Positions 56,954 through 64,000 of a stretch of DNA of 64,000 nt are shown piece after piece. The stretch covers positions 6,634,001 through 6,698,000 of the forward strand of contig CM035358.1 in assembly GCA_020137815.1 (NCBI GenBank). Direction: 5' to 3'. The stretch's first letter is position 1; every line of letters starts with the position of its first letter. The DNA is from Hormiphora californensis (taxonomy: Eukaryota > Animalia > Ctenophora). The position numbers and the translations under genes were made by a program. The notes below the pieces were generated by a model. The model was not told the origin of the DNA, ran no database searches, and worked only from the letters and a program-made list of their open reading frames with translations.

Positions 56954-59041
56954 ATAGTAGTAAACAGATGGACAAAATACGGGGAGGAAAGTAAATGTTG
57001 GGCAGTTACAGTGTACGGATGAGAAATAGGGAAAGTAACAGAGTTGATGGCAGCAAGATACAACGAGGCTTAGGATATAGCAAAATAGTATATATCTGGA
57101 AAGTATAACAGATATCATTTTTCCTAAATCCTAAGACAATAATATGAATAAAACATGAACATAATATGAACACAACATGACCACAACATACCCGCTCAGT
57201 AAGGCAACCTCACTCCCCATCTTGTTCAGGGCACAATTGGGTCCCCGTGTAGAGAATGACACATCTCTCACCAGGAGGTTGTCCATGAGTTCTGTCTGCC
57301 ACTTTATGTGCACTTTCTCCTTGTAACATTTCACCTGGGGAGAGAAACATATATGATTAGAGGGGAAGAGGGGGAAGGGAAGAGAATGGAAATTTGCCAA
57401 AGTTATTTTTAGATATTTATGCATTCAAAAGAAGCGGTTTCGTTTTGAATGTTCCCTCACACAAATGGTGGGGGTGGGGAAATTGTGCGGGACCGTTTTG
57501 TGTGAGTTTTTCTTTGTTAAATAGCTCATAGAGAGGGGAGTAGCTACTTACAATCTCCCCCACTACACACATCCCTTTGTTACCGTTTTGGTAGCTCTCT
57601 CCCTCACTCCCCTTTTAGCGGGAGAGCCGATAACCACGCCAAGAGGCATAGAACACAGAGGGAGAGAGAGAAAGAGGGAGTCTAGGAGAGAGAGGGAGGG
57701 GGCGCCGCTAGGGAGGAGGGGGGAGGGGCAGTTTGCAACAAAATATGGGAATGAATTGCCCCCTTCCATGGTTTCCCCTGAGAAAACTCACCGTTTTTTG
57801 TCCATCAAAACTGGCTATTAGATCCTCTGCGCTAGGGAAGGGGTCCGTCATGTGTTCAGTTGTATTTCCCGTCGGGGCGGGGTCTATTCTCGCCTCGGGA
57901 ACCTCAATAGTTACTATGTTGGCATAGTCCACATGGGTGTAGGAACTCACCTGGGGAGAGAGAGGGGGTGTTAGTGAGAGAGTGTGAGATGGGGAGAGGG
58001 ATAGAGTGGGGTAGGAAAGAGAACGAGATATAGGGGAGTGATCGTAATATTTTCGCTATAAATGCTATGATATTTAATTCTATAACATACCGGATATGTA
58101 TCAGATACGTAATCAATAAACTCCTGTCGTTCTAAGTTGGTTGGTATATCGAACTCAATCGGTCGAATCTCACGGTTAGAAACTTTTCCATTCGTCTGAA
58201 AGGATTGAAATATTGGTAAATTGGGACGAATGGGGGAACTTGAGTGCTCCGTGAGATCTGTTGGGTCCTCGCCGGGGGACTGTGTTTTCGAGACGGGGTG
58301 GAGAGAAAATGCTGCAGAAATAGACATGGGGAGGAGACAAGTGCGGTGCGTGGATATGAAGTCCTGAAGTGGGATCGAGTGGCATTTTATACTTTTCATT
58401 AGAGTCAGATGCGCGCGCCCTACAACAAACATTCTCCCACCACCATAACATAACAAAACGCAGAGTGAGAGAAAATGCTTTTCAATCAATACAATCCCTC
58501 CCCTCTCACGGTATCTTACTATAATAATTGATTAATCTAAATGAGGACTGACAGCTGATATGGTGGCACAAATAAATACCAGAAATTCAACCCCCACTTT
58601 TCTCAAGAAACCACAAACCGACACCCGAGTCTCAGATATCAAAACCCCGATTTAAAACCAATCCAAAACAAAATACACTAATACTTACAATGACCATGAC
58701 CTCCCCATCCATAGCACTGGTGTCTATTGTCCAGTGAACATCAGTCCTCCCTCGGAGAACTAGCAACACGTTTATACTGTAGTAATCCTGAAAAAGGGAG
58801 GGTAATTTTGTGAAAAAAAGGGATTACAAAATAGTTTTAGCATGTACAATTCAACAAGTAATACAATACATTCACCGAAGTAAGAAGTTATGGGGAGAAT
58901 GAAAATTAATCGCCATGTTTTAGATTTTAGAACGTACCTGTCCGCTCGCTTTACTCTGGACTTTCACAGTTGCTTGTTGTTTGAAAAAGGCAAAATCAGT
59001 ATCCTGTGTTTTATCCAGATCAATAATATGCGTTGAAGAAC
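51788..59041 (-). CDS. Betaglycan/endoglin (TGFBR3)-like type I membrane protein: orphan-like region, ZP module and TM helix; 5' exons not resolved
   Basis: Minus-strand exons: ~59041-58938, ~58787-58689 (INVLLVLRGRTDVHWTIDTSAMDGEVMVI), ~57950-57792 (VSSYTHVDYANIVTIEV), ~57334-57192 (VKCYKEKVHI), ~56562-56467 (TQCGF), ~55947-55781 (YHLDIFED..NGYVYF), 54888-~54754 (VEECFLSP..VLISRSCPLDGSIVF), ~52790-52632 (LAGPISV) and 52083-51788 (TM LLIGISLGSFALGIILTVLTIHC). Some junction phases are unresolved. Confidence 0.65.
53996..54660. mobile_element. Foldback element with ~320-bp imperfect inverted arms and TTTGCCCA subterminal repeats
   Basis: GGGCAAAATGAAATTTT...TTCAACTCTATAACTTGATTT...CTCGGTCAGAATGGT is mirrored by ACCATTCTGACCGAG...AAATCAAGTTATAGAGTTGAA...AAAATTTCATTTTGCCC. 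Centre at ~54325. Confidence 0.85.
54889..55245 (-). repeat. G-rich minisatellite that on the minus strand is repeated CTAAC + polypyrimidine + CAG|TAAC (acceptor and exon start)
   Basis: On the minus strand, CTAACACCCCTCCC...CAG|TAACGGACCCCAAC is repeated upstream of the real exon start at 54888. Confidence 0.8.
56336..56444 (-). mobile_element. 109-bp hAT-type MITE in reverse orientation
   Basis: Family TIRs with TSD TCACGTGA. Confidence 0.93.
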
Positions 59042-60427
59042 CTGATAAGGAGAGAAGGGGGTTATAAACTTCCAAATTCCTTCTTATATTCTTCTCCTAT
59101 CTTGCTTGCATTCCCCCGTGTTATCTCTTTGTGGTAGCGTACGACACCCAAATCACATGATAAATTCATTACTGCCATTTGATAGATAGTCGAATTCTTT
59201 TCGCCAATCGAGTCAACAAAAAGAAGGAGAGAGAGAGAGATAGATAGAGAGGGGAGACGAGGGAAAGAGGAGAGGGGGAAATGGAAGAAAAGAGAGATAG
59301 AGAGAGAGAGATAGGGGAGGTAAAGGAGAGGGAGTGGGGGATAGAAGGAGAAGATAAAAGGGGAAACTTTCTCCCTCTTTCTCCCCATTCCATCCCCGCG
59401 TACGCCCATAAAAACACCGTATTGGTTTAATCTTTATTTCCTGGTAACTCTTATCAGCCCCTCCTTCATCTTCTCTCTCTCTCTCCTACCCTCCCCCTCT
59501 CTCTCTCTCTCATCTCTTCTCCTCTCTTCCTTTCTCTCTCTTCTTTCTCTCTCTCTCCTCTTCTTTTTTCTCGGTCAATTCTTTCTTCCCTTCTCTCTCC
59601 TTTTTAGGAGTTCTCGTCTCAATTAAATTGCCGTGTCAAACTGAGCCCTTGGCCCCATTTTGGGGTTTTAATAATTTTCTAACGATAGAGGAAAGGGCAA
59701 GCGAGAGAGCTGAGAGAGAGAGAGAGGACAGAGAGAGAGGGGGCAGAGCTGAGAGAAGAGAGGATGGAGAGGGGAGAGATAAAGAGAGGGGGGCGAGATA
59801 GAGGAGAAAGGGGGAGACTGGAGGGCCCTTACGGAGGAATTATTATTTATGAGATAAAATCACACACATCGGGTGTTATTAAAATGATAATGACACGAGA
59901 ATACTCTTCACGTGTGAAGGCGACTCGAGGGAATATTTGGGTTATGGTGATTACTCGGCGTCCCCCTGCCCGGCCCCCTCTCTCCGTTAATGTGGGAAAC
60001 ATGTAGAATGACCGATTTTCGAGATATGTGGGGTGGGACGTGTGGTGTGTAAGCGGTGGTGAGATAGGAAGTGACCTAAAGAGAGAAGAAGATATAGAGC
60101 GTTCGAGAGAGAAGAGAAGATGTATATAGAAAGAGGGGAGAGAAAGGGGAGAGAAAGGGGAGAGAGAGAGAGAGAGCGCGAGAGAGAGAGCGAGAGAGGG
60201 AAGAGGAAGATAAGAGACGCAGGAGAAGATAATAGGGGGAAAAAGAGGAGACTAGAGAGAGAGGGGCGAAGAAGTCAAGAAGAGAGAGAGAGATAAGAAG
60301 GTTAGGATAGTGGGTATACGTACTAGTACGCTCACACTCCTCACGATACACTACTCCAAACAACCCTTTCCCCTGCTACATACACACCGCAACATAACCA
60401 GAGGGGCTCTCTGAGTGGAGGGGGCTC

Positions 60428-60541
60428 TATCACACTGTTGAGTGGCCCTCTCTCACTTCTCAGTCACAGCTGAGTGGCAGATCTCACTTCTCAGTCACAA
60501 CTGAGTGGCAGCTCTCACTTCTCAGTCACTGTTGAGTGGCC
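60428..60541. repeat. ~29-bp tandem repeat (3-4 units)
   Basis: TGAGTGGC..CTCTCACTTCTCAGTCAC is repeated. Confidence 0.8.
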
Positions 60542-62038
60542 TGTCAGATACTGATTTCTCAATTTTGGGGACTTGATTAATTTCAAGAGGATTCCTTCTC
60601 CCCTTGAAGCTATATTTTCTAACCCTCCATTGAATTGTCTAATACTCCTCTCTGGTCAAGATCCGCCATTCTGTCCTCCGTACATCCGTACATTAAACTC
60701 TACTAACTTTCTCAGATTTGCATCTCCCCTCCTCCCCCTTTCTCTTTCTCCCTCTCTCGCTCTATCTTTATTTCTACCTCACTTCCTCCATAATTCCCAT
60801 CCATCCCTATCTTTCTCCCTCCCTCTCTCTCTCTATATATTTGCACGGTGAGTGCTCCCCCAAGATGTTAAGGAAGTGGGTGTATAATAGCAACAAGCAG
60901 TGTGCCTCTCTCCTTCCTCCATCCTCTCTCCTCTCTCTCTCTCCTCCCCATTCTTTCCTCTCTCTCTATCCTCTCTCTCCTCCTCCTCCTATCCTTCCTC
61001 TCCTCTCTCCCCTTTCCCTACTTTTTTCCCCCCTCATCCCCCCCCTCCCTTCCCCGTTAGTTACAACACCGCTGGCGTGTTCGTTCTCTCTTTCTCCGTT
61101 AACCTTTGCCCGTCTAAGGAGGGGAGGAAAGGAGGAAGGAGAGGATTGAGGAAAGTCGATCAGTCGGGAGGAGTTGAAGAGGAGAGAAGGGAGAAGGAGG
61201 AGGGGGTGGATGGAGGGACGGGTTTAAACTGTATTTCTTGAGTTTAGTTGTTTTTGGGGATACAATTTTTTAGCAAGTTTCCCGATCAATGATCCTGCAA
61301 AATTTTTAACGGTTATAATGGTGGAAATTGGCCCCAGAAAATAAATGAACTGGGGATTGAAAACGGAGGTAGATGGTAGAAAGAGAGAAAAAGAGGATAC
61401 ATGAGAACGAAGAGAAGAAAAGGAGGAGTATCGATTTGGTAATAACGGGATTGCATTGGGTGTCGTGAAAGGGGAATTTGTAAGGAGGATGGTACAAAAA
61501 AATGCAAAAGCCTGGATTGAAAAGGAGAGGGAAGAGAGAGAAAAGAAGAGAAGAGAGTAGAGAGGGGGAGAGGGGGGGAAAGGGGAGGGGAGGGGAAAGG
61601 GGGGGGGGGAGGAGAAGCAAAAAAGGAGAGAGAGACAGAGAAGGGCAGAAAAGAAAGGGGGAATAAGGGAAAAAGAGGGGAATAAAGAGAGACACGAAGG
61701 AAGGGCATTTCACGGGGACACATCAAAAAAATAGCAATAGACGGGATTTTTTTTCCCATCGCCTCGTCTCAAGATTTTTAGATTTTTTTTATATCTGTGT
61801 GCAGGGGTTTTGCTGCATGTTAAAAAAAAATACTTTTAGCGGCAGGGTTCAAGGTGCATTTTAGAAAAGTATGATTTTATCGAAAGAGTGGTATACTATC
61901 CTTGGACACAGGGGAAGTAAAGGGGAAAGGGTCGGGGGGGAAAATTTAGTAGGTTTTGGTNNNNAACTTTGGGTAAACTGAGAATGGAGAATGGGGAATG
62001 AAAGCGTTTGTTTCTGTTGCTTGCACCTCTAAAAGTAT

Positions 62039-62074
<36 letters not shown>

Positions 62075-64000
62075 GGAGAGAGAGGCAGAGTGAGAGTAGC
62101 GGAGACGAGAGACGAGAGAGAACGAGAGGAGATGAGGGAGAGAGAGAGAGAGAGGAGAGGAAGGAGGAGAGAGAGAGAGAGGAGAGAGAGAGAGGATGGT
62201 TGATTTTCAAAAGGCGGAAAAATTATATATAACACATGTTAGTATGCGACATGCATAATACAAGCGGCTAGAGAGGGAGGGGGATGATAGGTCGAGTGTG
62301 TAGAGGTAACGTGAGAGCGTGAGATTTGAGGAAATGGCAGTTAAACATATTATCGATAACATGTCAACAATATTTTATTTGACTGCCAAACGAATGAAAT
62401 ATGTCGACCTGGTCAGGATGGCTCCAATAATTCTATACCCTCAATTAATACCTACAATCTAACAGATATATCCTACCTGAGATGGCGGCCAGAAGATATA
62501 CAAATACTAATAAATCCATGTGATTTCTTGTCGTCTCAATTTCATGCCATAGCTAAAAAGGAAGTTCAGCAAATTCGCATTGCGAAATCAATCCAAATAC
62601 AATTAAAAGCAGCTAGCAAGGCGATACAACGGAATACATGCGTCAAGAAATAAATATCGTGCCTTTACCCTTTCCTTATTGCTGCAGCAGCATTAATACT
62701 AAAGATCTAGAATATTCTCTTGCGACAAAGTTAATGAGAAATTGCAATGTTGACATCTAGCCTGAAGTACAAATAAGGGACGAGAATTCAATAAATTTCA
62801 ATACTGACTAAAGCGGCTAAAGACATATCGCCACCCACCGTGATGATAATGAATATATCGTGGTTGTCAAGAGAAGAGGAACACTATAGATGTTGACAAA
62901 TTGATAAAATTATGCCGCATTTTAAACCTGATTGTTTGCCTGGCTAGACTGTGTTTCGGGCGCCCCGCCCCCGAATCCTTTACAAATGTAAAGGGAGGGT
63001 TAGAACATAGCAACTGATTGTATAAACTACGCTTGTTTAATAAAGAATCCAATCCTGCAGAGGCATATTTAATTTATTACTTGTGTTGAAGGACTGACGG
63101 ATATTAACATTTAAAAAGCTGTATTACTTGTTGAATTGTATATACTTTTAAAACTATTTTGTAAAGTTTTATCTTTTTTAATATTCTATGACCTGGGTAT
63201 CTTTCAAACTGTCTTGAGCTGATACCATCGACAAATGATTTTAATAATCAGTGACGTATACATAAAATCTCCGTGATATTGGCCGCCCACAGAGCGCCAG
63301 CCACGAAGTGGTTCACTCCAGGCAGTCCACTAACATTGATTGCTTTTCTGCCGTAGACCGCATCGTAGACCGCATCGTAGGTAACGATTGATTCAGGCGG
63401 CCAATATGATAGAGCACCATTATCGTAAAAAGTAATAAGGAGCTCAATTTATCATGCAGCTTGCAAAGGAAAATAGCGCTTTAGAAATTTAGTAGCAGTG
63501 CAGTGGATCTACTCAAAGTCAAATTTAGAATTGTCAATCTACCAAAATTAAAAACTGCACAGCCGTGTATAGACTTAAAGGGTAGCACTTTCAATATCAA
63601 AATAAGATTAATAAATCAATTGATAAAACTGTTAATCTAAATTTACATCAAGTAGAGAAACGCGTAACTGGTAACAACAAACTTGACAATTTATCAAACA
63701 CGAATCAATTTTATGAATTTAAAAACATTTTGTTAGAATTAGGATGACCACTCGTCATGATTCTTAGACCTCTGACAACACACTTCAAAGGATAGAGATA
63801 CGATTAGACTTCAGAGAACAGCACAGGACCTGTGTAAGAGGGGAAACAGACGCGGTTGCCGGTTCAAAAAATGAAACTGTAACGCGTTTGGGAACCGGGC
63901 GAGGCCGAGAGGGAAATTACTTTTTTTATTTTTTCGCGCGCGTAGTTTAGCAGCGAAGTAAAGTTATTATCGCGCGTTACATTACTTACCGCGCCAGAAA

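Overview
Eukaryotic, intron-containing animal DNA rich in AG/CT microsatellites. It is most likely a ctenophore (Pleurobrachia-like), inferred from the recurrent 109-bp CAGGAACCGACCGA MITE, the LDLa-7TM gene and the nested gene layout; this is not proven. Genes in order: a minus-strand low-complexity multi-exon gene (start 8681); a plus-strand cluster of a BTB/POZ gene, PIH1D2 and AHI1/jouberin (~12.8-30.9 kb), with an LDLa-GPCR and a two-SRCR-like gene nested on the same strand in AHI1 introns; a stand-alone CRE-type restriction-like endonuclease ORF; a GH27 NAGA/GLA gene carrying a retroelement inserted in its first splice donor and a nested calflagin-like EF-hand gene; and a minus-strand betaglycan/endoglin (TGFBR3)-like ZP transmembrane gene. 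Mobile DNA includes hAT-type and TA-flanked MITEs, two foldback elements and a 1.78-kb head-to-tail duplication of a Helentron/HINE-like element. Three patterns stand out: (1) several introns end in tandem 'decoy' copies of acceptor plus exon start that differ from the real exon almost only at synonymous sites; (2) seven plus-strand genes have a 3' splice acceptor just before the ATG, suggesting operon-like expression by spliced-leader trans-splicing; (3) the TGFBR3-like and calflagin-like genes are unexpected for this lineage. Exon boundaries were read by eye, and 41.9-43.2, 52.9-53.75 and 59.1-62.2 kb look like low-quality sequence.
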